A DNA stretch of 64,000 nt, taken from an uncultured delta proteobacterium (GTDB lineage Bacteria; Desulfobacterota; Desulfobaccia; Desulfobaccales; 0-14-0-80-60-11). Location of the stretch: positions 1,088,001 through 1,152,000 of the forward strand of contig CAWETI010000003.1 of assembly GCA_963812015.1 (NCBI GenBank), read 5' to 3'. The position numbers and the translations under genes were made by a program. This document shows, one piece after another, positions 18,599-28,502 of this stretch (the stretch's first letter is position 1; every line of letters begins with the position of its first letter). The notes below the pieces were generated by a model. That model ran no database searches. It was not told the DNA's origin and worked only from the letters and a program-made list of their open reading frames with translations.

Positions 18599-19270
18599 AT
18601 GTTTTTTCCTCCGTTAATCTTCTTGCTGATGGTGGCTTTTTTCCTGGTGGCCCTGATCATGCTTCCTTTCTTGATGGTGGGGCTGATCGGCGAGGCCTTC
18701 ATGCGTCTGGGAATTTCCCCCGGCCAGATGTTCTGGCTCCTTATTCTGACCCTGGTGGGCAGCCTGGTCAACATCCCCATTTACACATTTGAGAACCGGG
18801 CGGTAGTGGGAGAGCAGGTGGTCTCCTATTTTGGCATGCGCTTTAAGGTGCCCCGGATGGAGCGGCCCCAGGTGACCGTGCTGGCGGTAAATGTGGGCGG
18901 GGCCTTGATCCCGATAGCCCTGTCGTTGTATCTTATGTCCAAAGGAAATTTCGGCGTCGGCCTGCCGATCCTGTTGGTGGTGGTGACCGTGGTGGTGAAC
19001 CGCCTGGCCCGCCCGGTGCGAGGCATGGGGATCGGGGTGCCGGGTCTGGTGCCCCCCCTGGTGGCGGCCCTGGGAGCTTACCTCTTGTGTCCTCCGGAGC
19101 TTCGGGCTCCCTGCGCCTATATCGCCAGCACCATGGGCATCTTGATCGGGGCGGATCTCCTGAACCTGGGGCAGATCCGGCAGTTAGGGGCGCCGGTGGC
19201 CTCCATCGGCGGGGCCGGCACCTTTGACGCCATCTTTCTCAGCGGGATTATTGCGGTGCTGCTCAGCTAA
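18599..19270 (+). CDS. DUF1614 family membrane protein
   Basis: GSLVNIP, AVNVGGALIP, IGADLLNL, SIGGAGTFD. Confidence 0.85.
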   Translation: MFFPPLIFLLMVAFFLVALIMLPFLMVGLIGEAFMRLGISPGQMFWLLILTLVGSLVNIPIYTFENRAVVGEQVVSYFGMRFKVPRMERPQVTVLAVNVGGALIPIALSLYLMSKGNFGVGLPILLVVVTVVVNRLARPVRGMGIGVPGLVPPLVAALGAYLLCPPELRAPCAYIASTMGILIGADLLNLGQIRQLGAPVASIGGAGTFDAIFLSGIIAVLLS

Positions 19271-19324
19271 GGGCGGGCCGCCAGTCGCCGTGCGATAGTG
19301 CTATAAAAGGGAGGTAGACAGGCT

Positions 19325-19810
19325 ATGTATCAAGCAAAGATGAGTCAGGAACTTCATCCGGTCAAGGGTGGGCGCTCGGCCCGCCGCAGCTGGGGCCGGA
19401 TCGCAATGGTCCTCCTGGTCCTGCTGTTGCCGGGGCTCCTGGGCGCCTGGAAAATCATCAGCGGCGACACCATTGATAGCCGCCACGTGGAACGCATCAT
19501 AGACGGCCAGACGACCAAAAATGAAGTCCTCTTGCTGTTTGGCGATCCCCAGGAAATCGACCGCACCCCGGAGGGCGTCAACTATTTATATAAAAGCTTC
19601 AAGGATGCGCCGGCTTTGCCTTATAAGCCGGAAGAGCGCAAGATCAACCCCCAGTCCGACCAGCTTTACGTCATTGATGACTCAAAAGACACAAAGCAGA
19701 TTAAGAAAGCGCCGTTGAAGACCGAAGGCAAGATTTTAAAGAGCACCCTGCTCATTCGCTTCAAACCCGGCGGAGACACGGTGATGAGCCACGAATACAA
19801 AGAGTTCTAA
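19325..19810 (+). CDS. Hypothetical exported protein, BamE/SmpA-like motif
   Basis: Hydrophobic N-terminus then IIDGQTTKNEVLLLFGDP. Confidence 0.6.
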   Translation: MYQAKMSQELHPVKGGRSARRSWGRIAMVLLVLLLPGLLGAWKIISGDTIDSRHVERIIDGQTTKNEVLLLFGDPQEIDRTPEGVNYLYKSFKDAPALPYKPEERKINPQSDQLYVIDDSKDTKQIKKAPLKTEGKILKSTLLIRFKPGGDTVMSHEYKEF

Positions 19811-19821
19811 CGGGAGCCCGC

Positions 19822-21102
19822 ATGACGGCGTTTGCCGATTTGGCCCAGGCTACGGCCTGGGTCTTTGATTTACAGAAGTTCGGGATCAAGTTCGGCCTGT
19901 CCTCTACCCTGAGCCTGTTGGCCCGGCTGGGGCTGAACTACCAGGAGGGCCGCTATATCCACATTGCCGGCACCAACGGCAAGGGGTCGGTGGCGGCCAT
20001 GCTCAGCGCCATGTTGAGCCGGGCCGGCTATCCCGTGGGCCTGTTCACCTCGCCGCACCTGGTGAGCTTTAACGAGCGCTACCGCCTCGGAGACCAGGAG
20101 GTGTCGCCCGACCAGCTGCTGGCCTTGATCAGCGAAGTACGGGCCGCGGTGGACGACGCCGAACCCCCCACCTTCTTCGAGTTTGCCACGGCCATGGCCT
20201 TTCTCTACTTCCTGAAGGCCGGGGCCGCCCCCATTATCCTGGAGACCGGTATGGGGGGGCGCCTGGACGCCACCAATATCGTCCAGCCGCTGGTTTCAGT
20301 GATCACCAACATCTCCCGGGACCACCAGGAACATCTGGGCGAGGGGCTCTTGGCCATCGCCGGAGAAAAGGCGGGGGTCATCAAACCCGGGGCGCCGCTG
20401 GTCACCTACGCCCGGCAAAAACAGGTGCTCCACCTGTTCCGCAACCGCTGCCGGGAAGTGGAAGCCCCCCTCTACCAGGGCGGGATAGACTTTAAAACCA
20501 GGGGAAAATCCGGGGGGTCTTTCGATTATGCCGGCCTCCACCACCAGTTTTCCGGCCTGACCCTTAGCCTCAAGGGCCGGCACCAATATGGCAATGCTGC
20601 GGTGGCCCTGGCGGTGGTGGAATTGCTCGACCGGAACGGTTTCCCCGTGCCCGAGGCGGCCATTCGGGAAGGCTTGAAGACGTCCCGCTGGCCGGGCCGC
20701 CTGGAACAGTTGCCCCAGGACCCCCGGGTCCTGCTGGACGGGGCCCACAACCCTTCCGCCGCCTTGACCCTGGCCCAGAATCTGAAGCAGATCCACAAAA
20801 CCGGCCGTCTCATCCTGGTGATGGGAGTCATGGCCGACAAGGACGTGGACGCCATCTTGGCCCGGCTGCTGCCCCTGGCCCAGATGGTCATTTTTACCCA
20901 ACCGCAGTACTTCCGGGCCGCCACCCCCAGGGACCTGGCCCGACGGGCCCAACCCTACGGCCTGGAAATCCTCCAGACCCCCCGGGTGGCCGCGGCTGTC
21001 CAACAGGCCCAGTCCCTGGCCGGCCCCGAGGACCGCATCGTCATCACCGGCTCTTTGTATACGGTGGGAGAAGCGAAAGAGTATTTTGGGGGAGGGGGCT
21101 AA
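19822..21102 (+). CDS. folC: Folylpolyglutamate synthase/dihydrofolate synthase
   Basis: HIAGTNGKGS, FTSPHL, ETGMGGRLDATN, WPGRLE, LDGAHN, GSLY. Confidence 0.96.
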   Translation: MTAFADLAQATAWVFDLQKFGIKFGLSSTLSLLARLGLNYQEGRYIHIAGTNGKGSVAAMLSAMLSRAGYPVGLFTSPHLVSFNERYRLGDQEVSPDQLLALISEVRAAVDDAEPPTFFEFATAMAFLYFLKAGAAPIILETGMGGRLDATNIVQPLVSVITNISRDHQEHLGEGLLAIAGEKAGVIKPGAPLVTYARQKQVLHLFRNRCREVEAPLYQGGIDFKTRGKSGGSFDYAGLHHQFSGLTLSLKGRHQYGNAAVALAVVELLDRNGFPVPEAAIREGLKTSRWPGRLEQLPQDPRVLLDGAHNPSAALTLAQNLKQIHKTGRLILVMGVMADKDVDAILARLLPLAQMVIFTQPQYFRAATPRDLARRAQPYGLEILQTPRVAAAVQQAQSLAGPEDRIVITGSLYTVGEAKEYFGGGG

Positions 21103-21138
21103 GGGCTTTTTCATAAGTGCCCTTACCCCCTCCCCCCA
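21086..21138 (+). repeat. Partial copy of the G/C-rich interspersed repeat (supplies the folC stop)
   Basis: GGGGAGGGGGCTAAGGGC...GCCCTTACCCCCTCCCCC; another partial copy at ~35337-35390. Confidence 0.7.
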
Positions 21139-21168
21139 CACCATCACGAGAAATCTTAAGAGGCACCC

Positions 21169-22119
21169 ATGCACATTTTTGTTTCCGGGTCATTGGCATT
21201 TGATCGGATCATGGATTTTCCCGGCCGGTTTGTGGATCACATCCTGCCGGAGAAGATTCACATCCTCAACGTCTGTTTCATGGTCAACGGGTTAACCGAG
21301 CGGTTCGGCGGCACTGCGGGCAATATCGCTTATAATCTGGCGTTGTTGGGGGAGAGCCCCTCTATTCTGGCCACCGCCGGGCGGGATTTCGGGCCTTACC
21401 GGGAGCGGCTGGGGGAGTTGGGTTTGCCCCTCACGGGCATCAAGGAGATTCCCCAGGAGTTTACGGCCGGGGCGTATATCACCACGGATTTATCCGACAA
21501 CCAGATTACCGGATTCAATCCCGGGGCCATGAAGTATGCGTCGGAATACCGCTTCGACAGTTTGGACCCGGCGGCCGCCCTGGCCATCGTGGCGCCGGGG
21601 AATCTGGAAGACATGCTGGCTTACACCCGGTTCTACAAGGGTGCGGGGGTGCGTTACATTTTCGACCCGGGGCAGAGCATCCCGGCCTGGGGGGGTGAAG
21701 AGCTCCGGGAGATGGCGGACGGCGCCCTGGCCCTCATCGTCAACGACTACGAGTTGGAGATGTTCCGGCAGAAGACCGGCCGGGAAGCCGCCGACCTCCT
21801 CAAGCTCACCCCTCATCTGCTCACCACCCGGGGAGAGCAGGGCTCCCTGGTACAGACTGACCGGGGCGTAGATGAGATCCCGGCGGTGCCGGCCAGCCAG
21901 GTGCTGGACCCCACCGGGGCCGGGGACGCCTACCGGGCCGGTCTCCTCAAGGGCCTGGCTCTGGGGCTGGGCTGGCCCGAAGCCGCGCGCATGGGGGCGG
22001 TGCTGGCCAGTTTCTGCGTGGAACAGCAGGGCACCCAGGAACACCGGCTGGAAGTTTCGGAGTTCTGGGGGCGCTTTGCCGAGAATTTCGGGCCTCCCCC
22101 GGAGGCGGCCGGTCGATAA
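21169..22119 (+). CDS. PfkB family carbohydrate/nucleoside kinase
   Basis: GSLAFD, FGGTAGNIAY, DPTGAGDAYRAG. Confidence 0.9.
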   Translation: MHIFVSGSLAFDRIMDFPGRFVDHILPEKIHILNVCFMVNGLTERFGGTAGNIAYNLALLGESPSILATAGRDFGPYRERLGELGLPLTGIKEIPQEFTAGAYITTDLSDNQITGFNPGAMKYASEYRFDSLDPAAALAIVAPGNLEDMLAYTRFYKGAGVRYIFDPGQSIPAWGGEELREMADGALALIVNDYELEMFRQKTGREAADLLKLTPHLLTTRGEQGSLVQTDRGVDEIPAVPASQVLDPTGAGDAYRAGLLKGLALGLGWPEAARMGAVLASFCVEQQGTQEHRLEVSEFWGRFAENFGPPPEAAGR

Positions 22120-22128
22120 CGCCCCGAG

Positions 22129-22542
22129 GTGGCGGCCGAGCTGCTGATGACGAACTCATTCCCAAGTCTGAAGGAGCATCATGAGGCGATGACTGCTGTC
22201 GACCGTAGTGCGAAAGATTCCCCGGCGGAGCTGCTGCGCCGAATCCAGGCGATGTTTCGAGATCGGGGCATCTTCGCATCCACCGTGACCCTGGCTTACC
22301 GGGGGGAGAACTATCTGGTGCGCTGCGATACCCACACCTTCGCGGTGTATCGCCTGGTGGAGTATGGTCATGTGCCTCCCGGCCGCCCCGGCTGGCCCGT
22401 CTGCCTGGTCACCGCCGAGGCCGTCGTGGATGAAGCCAGCCCGCCCCATCTGCCGGAAGACGAATTCGCTTCCGGGCTGGGCCTGGAAGAATGGTTGGAA
22501 TACATCAAGTCCCTTTACCCTCCCACCACATCGATCAGTTAA
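22129..22542 (+). CDS. Hypothetical protein
   Basis: 137 aa ORF continuing the operon; start uncertain. Confidence 0.55.
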   Translation: MAAELLMTNSFPSLKEHHEAMTAVDRSAKDSPAELLRRIQAMFRDRGIFASTVTLAYRGENYLVRCDTHTFAVYRLVEYGHVPPGRPGWPVCLVTAEAVVDEASPPHLPEDEFASGLGLEEWLEYIKSLYPPTTSIS

Positions 22543-22840
22543 CCTCTCCGGCTGTAAACCGAAAACGAAAATCCCAAACAATCTCATCCCTTGAGGGGGA
22601 CAAAAGGCATTGCGCCTTCATGGGCATGATGAATTATATCTACAAGAGCGCAATGAAAAATCAGCTAGCGTTGCGTCCCAGGGCAGTGTATCAGTTTAAT
22701 TTTAATAAAGATATAAGGAGGTTATGTGCAAATGACTGAATCAACAGGTAAACAGGGTCATCTTGACAAAGAGGCTCTACCATGGGAGGGTAAAATAACG
22801 CGCTTTGGGAGTCTACTTTCCCAGACAGGAGCTTTAATTT

Positions 22841-23326
22841 ATGGACCATTGGGATTTTTGGGGTTGGATTGCTTATAGCTGTTTAGGCATCACGGCCATC
22901 GGTTTGGCAATCATGAGATTTTTGAAAGATTATTTGGTCATGTTTGAAAAGCTCCCTACCTTTCTTAAGAGCGGGAAATGGGCGTATGTGCCAGCGGCAC
23001 TATTTATTATTGCCACGATAACCCTCATTGCCCGACCTATGGTTAGTAAGTTTCCTTCCATCGTCGAATTAGAGCATGTCGCCAATCAAACATTTCGTAA
23101 CACGACAGTTGTACTTGATGGAAAATATTATGATAATTGTGTATTTGAGAATGTGACTATCCGGTGGGATGGTGGGGGTTATATGGTTGTTGGTGTGCAA
23201 GTAAATGGAGCAATCCTTCAAACAGCTAATAAAACAGTTATAAATACGGTTGATCTTTTGAAGGCCCTAAACTTGCTAAAACCAGAATTTAGTTCTGCCT
23301 GGAAAAAACATCAAGAAGCAAGATAG
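22841..23326 (+). CDS. Hypothetical membrane protein (AT-rich gene)
   Basis: Two N-terminal TM segments; LDGKYYDNCVFENVT beta-type motif; AGGAG RBS. Confidence 0.65.
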   Translation: MDHWDFWGWIAYSCLGITAIGLAIMRFLKDYLVMFEKLPTFLKSGKWAYVPAALFIIATITLIARPMVSKFPSIVELEHVANQTFRNTTVVLDGKYYDNCVFENVTIRWDGGGYMVVGVQVNGAILQTANKTVINTVDLLKALNLLKPEFSSAWKKHQEAR

Positions 23327-23458
23327 AATTAATCCGCCAAAGCCGCAATTTCCTCCAAGCTCCATGCATGGTCTGTAACCCCCGGGCCAGAGTGGGTAAA
23401 GGCGGGTCCACTCCGGCCCTCGATCCCGGGACGGCGGATTACCGCAGGCTGCCGCTGG

Positions 23459-25312
23459 CTATGCGGCCCGTTGCTCCTGGGGTCGCCGGAAATACCGGAT
23501 GTCGAACTCGAATTGGGGAAACAGCCGGGGCAGGCGCATCAGGTTGAAGACCATGACCCCTACGGAGATCCGGTCCAGCCAGGAAGACAGGGGCCAGCCG
23601 AAGTGGACCACCACCTGGCGGTCCGCCAGTTCATATTCCAGCACTTTGAGAAGATTGACGATGCGGTGATAGAGACTGATCTTGGTGAGAGGAAAGCGAA
23701 AATGATTGGGGGCATTTTTGGGGGGTATGCCGCCGACCCGGGGAGAATAGAAGGTGATGTAAGCTTCATTATCTTTGGGAACCGTCTGTTCCCGTTCCTC
23801 GGACCGGCGGAAATAAAGGTGGATCTCCGGGGCCTCGGCCTCGGCGAGATAAAGGACCATTTCCATTTCCGTGTCGGCCTGCTCGATATGCTTTAACTCC
23901 GGAGCCCGTTTCCGGGCCACCAGGAAACCCGAAATGAGCATCAGACCGGTTACCCCACCCCAGAGCATGGTGGCGTGAGGCTTATCTATGGCCAGAAAGA
24001 CAAAGCAGCTTACCAGGATGATCCAAAGTATGAGGGTGCCCAGGCGGCTGGTATAATACGTCATGCCTTCGGCAGTACCCTTGAAATACCGATAAATAAT
24101 CAGAGAACCCATGTTGATGCAGAAAGAAGCGACCAGCCCTAAGGCATACATGTTGGCCAATTCTTCCTGGCTGCCCATGGTGAGCACCACAATGATGGAG
24201 AAGAAGAAGGCGCTGGACAGGTGGATGCGATAGAGGGAATGGCGGCGGTTGACGGCGATGAACCAATGAAAACCATAGCGGTGGGCCACCCGTTCCAGCA
24301 GTTCGCTGGAGGCCACAAACGCGGTATTCACTGCCATGGTCAGGGTGAAACTGGCCAGGGCCGCTACGGCAATACCAAAAGCAACCCCGTTTAATAGGGT
24401 GGCGAAATGGGTGATGAGGTCCCCTTCGTGGGCCTTGAAATCGATGTTGGCCGATAATACCAGAGTGGCCATCAACGGGGTCACCAGGCCCACGGTGAGG
24501 GCCAAAAACCAGTAGGCTTTGCGAATCTCCTTCCAACTCCGGACAAATCCCGCCGTTTGGATAACGGATTCCACCCCGGAATAGGCCAGGATACAAAAGG
24601 CGATACTGGAGATAAAGCTGCCGTAGTCTCCTAAAATTCCGCCGCCGCTCACGCGTTTAACGGTCTGAGTCGCCGCCTGGTGAATCTGCCCCAGGGCATA
24701 AGCATCCAGGTGGAGCAGGCCGGAGATGATGAGATTGAGCATGATGACGGCGGCGGCCACAAAGATCAGGAAGGTAAACCGGGCGTTTTCCCGAATCCCC
24801 AAAATATTCAGGCCGGCCACGCCCCAGATGATGGCCAGCACGGTGAGGATCAAAGCCGGTTTGGAAAGCGGGAAGAAGGAGGCGGCGTTGGACACCGCAC
24901 TGACCGCGGAGATGCAGGCGGTGAGGATATAGTCCACCATGATGGAGGACACCGCCACAAATGACACCAACGGCCCCAGGACCAGGTAGGAAAAGGAGTA
25001 AACCCCGCCGCCGATGAGTTGGTGATGCTCCAGGATTTCGGCGATCTCGGTGAGCCGGGTGCTGATGAAGCGCACCAGCAGGCTGGTGATGGCGATAAAG
25101 ATGATGGCGCTCAAACCGATGAAGCGGTAAGATTCGGCGGGGGCGTAAAAGACCGAGGTGAATTCATCCATCAAGGTGATGATGCCTACGGCCAGATAAG
25201 TAAGCCAGATGCGGCCGTCCTGGTGATAGGAGAGCAAGTTTTTCCGGCGGAACAGATAGATAAAGAAAACTGCCAGGCCCAGATTGAGTATGGTCAGGAT
25301 GATGGGTTTCAT
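23459..25312 (-). CDS. APC-superfamily permease, YdaO/KimA-like (K+ or amino-acid transporter)
   Basis: ~12 TM segments, GGGVYS, DYILTACIS, LAYSGVES, soluble C-terminal domain; preceded by a ydaO riboswitch. Confidence 0.8.
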   Translation of the reverse strand: MKPIILTILNLGLAVFFIYLFRRKNLLSYHQDGRIWLTYLAVGIITLMDEFTSVFYAPAESYRFIGLSAIIFIAITSLLVRFISTRLTEIAEILEHHQLIGGGVYSFSYLVLGPLVSFVAVSSIMVDYILTACISAVSAVSNAASFFPLSKPALILTVLAIIWGVAGLNILGIRENARFTFLIFVAAAVIMLNLIISGLLHLDAYALGQIHQAATQTVKRVSGGGILGDYGSFISSIAFCILAYSGVESVIQTAGFVRSWKEIRKAYWFLALTVGLVTPLMATLVLSANIDFKAHEGDLITHFATLLNGVAFGIAVAALASFTLTMAVNTAFVASSELLERVAHRYGFHWFIAVNRRHSLYRIHLSSAFFFSIIVVLTMGSQEELANMYALGLVASFCINMGSLIIYRYFKGTAEGMTYYTSRLGTLILWIILVSCFVFLAIDKPHATMLWGGVTGLMLISGFLVARKRAPELKHIEQADTEMEMVLYLAEAEAPEIHLYFRRSEEREQTVPKDNEAYITFYSPRVGGIPPKNAPNHFRFPLTKISLYHRIVNLLKVLEYELADRQVVVHFGWPLSSWLDRISVGVMVFNLMRLPRLFPQFEFDIRYFRRPQEQRAA

Positions 25313-25424
25313 GAAGGCTGATCCCTATAATGTCACAAAATAAAAAGGCTGGGGAAAACCGCAAGCTACCATAACCGGTATAAAGCTTAATCTGATGGGA
25401 GTATTATCCACTGCCGATGGGTGG

Positions 25425-25580
25425 TTAAGGAGCATGGGCGGTATGGGTGACGGCCCCCGGGGCGAAACCAGGCCCGCCGGAGGGTTGGCCTGTCTGAACC
25501 GGAGGTTGGTATGTTGCGGGAAGGCGCCCGTTAGGTTTAAAAGAATGCGCCTCGGGCGCATCTATGCAGATGTCCGGCAT
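25425..25580 (-). CDS. Candidate 51-aa ORF directly after the riboswitch
   Basis: GGAGGAGGAT-ATG; MPDICIDAPEAHSFKPNGRLPATYQPPVQTGQPSGGPGFAPGAVTHTAHAP. Confidence 0.35.
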   Translation of the reverse strand: MPDICIDAPEAHSFKPNGRLPATYQPPVQTGQPSGGPGFAPGAVTHTAHAP

Positions 25581-25584
25581 ATCC

Positions 25585-25725
25585 TCCTCCTGCCTGCGGG
25601 GTTAGCTGTCGGGCTCGGGCGGGAGGTTGCGTGCCCTACCGCATTTACGAAAAATGCGGATTCGCCCCAACAAAACGGGTCCCCCGCTTCTCCGATGGGG
25701 TATCGGAGAACTCGGCGGTCAGCCT
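25585..25725 (-). promoter_or_regulatory. c-di-AMP (ydaO/yuaA) riboswitch
   Basis: Minus strand: CCGCCGAG..GCGGGGGACCCG..TGGGGCGAATC..GTAGGG..CCCGAGCCCGACAGCTAACCCCGCAGGC, matching ydaO hallmark segments in order. Confidence 0.88.
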
Positions 25726-25910
25726 CGTGGTGATTTGACTAACAAATAATAATAGTAATCTTTTTTTCAGAGAGGTCAATGAAAATTGACCCGAACCCCA
25801 CGGGTGGGTTACGTTTAAGAAAACGAGAATTAGCCGACGTCGCGGGACAAGATCACCTGGGTGTTCAAAGGATTAGTTGAACCACCACCATCCCATGCGG
25901 AGAACGATCC

Positions 25911-26510
25911 ATGCACTTCTGGTTGCCGCTTCTGTCCCTGGTGGGGTTGGGGGTTGTCCTGGGGGCCGCCGCCCCCCCCGCCCCCCTGGCGGTCAGGCTT
26001 ATCCCCGTGGGGTCCCTGCCTCCGGTCATCCTGGGCTTTCTGGAGGAGGGCCTCAGTCGGGAACTGGGGGCCATCGTCCGGATGGGGAAGAACCTCCCCT
26101 TCCCGGAATCCTGCCCTGAAGGCCGGGGGCAGTATCCGGCGGACGCTTTTCTGGCGGCGCTGGTGGACGCCCGCCCCCCCGGGGAGGAGGTGATCCTGGG
26201 GGTTACCGGGGTGGACCTCACGGTGCCGGTGCTTAACTTCGTTTTTGGCCTGGCCGATCCCCGGAGTCGCTGCGCCCTCATCTCCCTGGCCCGCCTCTAC
26301 CCGGAATTTTACGGCCAACCCCGGGACCCCCGCCTATTCAAAGAACGGGCTTTTAAAGAGGCGGTCCACGAACTGGGGCACCTTTTGGGCCTGGGCCACT
26401 GCCCCGCCCCGGCCTGCATTATGTTCTTCTCCAACTCCCTGGCCGACACCGACCAGAAGGGGCCCGGGTTTTGTCAGCGTTGCCGGGAGTTGTGGCGGAA
26501 ACAAAATTGA
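25911..26510 (+). CDS. Archaemetzincin-family Zn metalloprotease
   Basis: LNFVFGLA, KEAVHELGHLLGLGHC..CIM.FSNS..D.K...FC..C. Confidence 0.9.
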   Translation: MHFWLPLLSLVGLGVVLGAAAPPAPLAVRLIPVGSLPPVILGFLEEGLSRELGAIVRMGKNLPFPESCPEGRGQYPADAFLAALVDARPPGEEVILGVTGVDLTVPVLNFVFGLADPRSRCALISLARLYPEFYGQPRDPRLFKERAFKEAVHELGHLLGLGHCPAPACIMFFSNSLADTDQKGPGFCQRCRELWRKQN

Positions 26511-26652
26511 GGGGAAGGCCGGGGGACGTTTTTCGCAAGGCTTCCCCCGCCCTCCCCTCAAACTCCCCTCCCAACCCCCTGTAAGGGTTTGGGAGAGGGG
26601 TTTCGGGAGGGGGTAAGGGCATCTTACGAAAAAGCCCTTAGCCCCCTCCCCA
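26508..26652 (-). repeat. G/C-rich interspersed repeat, full inverted copy
   Basis: Reverse complement matches 7075-7204; both copies lie between convergent genes. Confidence 0.85.
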
Positions 26653-26656
26653 TAAC

Positions 26657-28381
26657 CTATCCCTCCAAAACAGCCAAGGCCCGGGCGGCGAAGTCCAGGC
26701 TGGGGTCCAGTTCCAGGGCCTGTTTGAGCACGTAGGCGGCTTCCTTGACATGGCCCAGGCGCTGCAGGTTGATCCCCAGGTTGGCGTAGTCGATGGCCGA
26801 GCCCGGGTCCAGTTCGATGACCTTCTCGAAGCACTCCACCGCCCGCTGATACTCCTCCAGCTTAAAGCAGCAGAAACCCAGGAAGTGGTGGGCCTCCTTG
26901 AGGTGGGGGTCCAGGGCCAGGGCCTGGGTGAAGGACTCGGCGGCCTCGGTGAAATACCCCAGGTCCTTCTGGCAGGTCCCCAGATGCACGTAAATGCTGG
27001 GCAGTTCGTGGGCCGGGGGATCGAGGCTCAGCGCCCGGCGGAAGTGCTCCAAGGCCTCGCCGGCGCGGTCCTGGTTTTCCAGGGCCAGGCCCAGGAAGAA
27101 GTGGACATCGAAGCGGTGGGGAAAGGCGGCGTTGAGTTCCCCCAGGGCGGCCAGGCCCTCGAGGGGGTGGGCATACAAGGCCGCGGTCTTGGCCAGGTGA
27201 AAGATGGCGTTGGTGTTGCGGGTGCGGTCCAGGAAATGGGTGCCGGGGACCAGCACGTAAACCACGGGGAGGTCCAGGCGGGGGTGGGTGACATTCACCA
27301 CAAAAACCTCCAGCCCCAGGCGGCCCAGGGCCTCAAGGCACAGGCGGATCTCGTCCTTGAGGTTGGGCCGGGAGAGGTTGGGAAGGCTGTCCAGGGGTTT
27401 CATAAAGGGGCCGGGGGCCATGAGATAGGCCGCCTCCTCCAGGGTCTCATACTTGGGAAGCGTGGGCCGGTAGCTGGTGCGGCGGTGAAAATCCCCGGCC
27501 AGTTGGGCCACCTCGGTCAAGGCCCGGACCAGGGACTTGGTGGGGTCGGTGGTGGTGCCGGCGGCGAAGACGATTTCGCTGTCCTGGGGGAAGGTGGACG
27601 GGTCGTAGGCCAGGGCCGCCACCGTGGGGATGCCGGTGTCCAGGGAAAAATCCCGCAGATGGAGGACGATGCCGTTGCGCCGGAATTTCTCCAGCAGCTC
27701 CCGGGCGGCGGGGTCGGTGACCGAATCGGGGTCGATGGCCGGGGTCGGGCGGCGCTCATGGCTGATGACCGAGCCCACGTGGCGCTCCACCACTTCGCCC
27801 AGGCCCTGGAGCACGGCCTCCTCCAGGCAGTTGCCCGCGGCCGGGCCGTTGTATTCCTCGATAAGGTAAAACCAATGGATGGGCAGATAGACCGCCTCTC
27901 CCCGGGTCAAGTTGGTGGCGGGCACGAAATACAGGGGCCAATCCTCGTATAGCCGGGCCGCGGCCGCCACCGTGGGAGAAGTGTCGAACAGGGAGCGGGC
28001 CAGGTAAGAGAAGGGCAGGGCCTTGCCGGCCAGATCCCGGGGGCAGCCGTAGTCCAGGGGGCCTTCATCCAGATACGTAAAAAAGCTGAAGCGCTCCACC
28101 AACTCCATGAGGGCGGAGGCTTCGGCCTGGACCGGAGTGGCGCCTTTGCCCATCTGCTTGTGGGTGGGCACCACCCGGCGGGCGTCCACGCCCAGGATGC
28201 TGAGGTACACGGGGATATCCAGACGGCCCGAGTCGATGCGCAAGGTCTCCTGGAGGAGCTTGAGGTCCAGGCGCCCCAGGCGGTCGCGCACCCGGCGGAT
28301 GGTTTCCTCCGGGGTCAGGAGCTTGTCCTGGTCGTAGGTATAGCCCTTCAGGGCGTCGGTGAGGTGAAGGGTTGGCAGCAT
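26657..28381 (-). CDS. YcaO-family protein with C-terminal TPR repeats
   Basis: GKGAT..QAEASALMELVERFS, NGPAAGN..EEA.LQGL.EVVER, RALTEVAQ; TPR helices at the C-terminus. Confidence 0.88.
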   Translation of the reverse strand: MLPTLHLTDALKGYTYDQDKLLTPEETIRRVRDRLGRLDLKLLQETLRIDSGRLDIPVYLSILGVDARRVVPTHKQMGKGATPVQAEASALMELVERFSFFTYLDEGPLDYGCPRDLAGKALPFSYLARSLFDTSPTVAAAARLYEDWPLYFVPATNLTRGEAVYLPIHWFYLIEEYNGPAAGNCLEEAVLQGLGEVVERHVGSVISHERRPTPAIDPDSVTDPAARELLEKFRRNGIVLHLRDFSLDTGIPTVAALAYDPSTFPQDSEIVFAAGTTTDPTKSLVRALTEVAQLAGDFHRRTSYRPTLPKYETLEEAAYLMAPGPFMKPLDSLPNLSRPNLKDEIRLCLEALGRLGLEVFVVNVTHPRLDLPVVYVLVPGTHFLDRTRNTNAIFHLAKTAALYAHPLEGLAALGELNAAFPHRFDVHFFLGLALENQDRAGEALEHFRRALSLDPPAHELPSIYVHLGTCQKDLGYFTEAAESFTQALALDPHLKEAHHFLGFCCFKLEEYQRAVECFEKVIELDPGSAIDYANLGINLQRLGHVKEAAYVLKQALELDPSLDFAARALAVLEG

Positions 28382-28502
28382 GAGTCATAATCTCCTGGCG
28401 AGATTATGACCTCATCGCCGGATTTATGCAATCCGGGGCTAAAAGCAGGAGGTACCTGTAGGGGCGGTTCGCGAACCGCCCCTGCGGCCTAACCAGACCA
28501 TC

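Noticed and set aside
22732..22878. 48-aa ORF after an AAGGAGG RBS
   Set aside because: It overlaps the next gene out of frame, has no motif, and its RBS spacing is ambiguous; unsupported
25911..28381. YcaO plus protease as a RiPP cluster
   Set aside because: The genes are convergent and separated by a repeat; no precursor or transporter found
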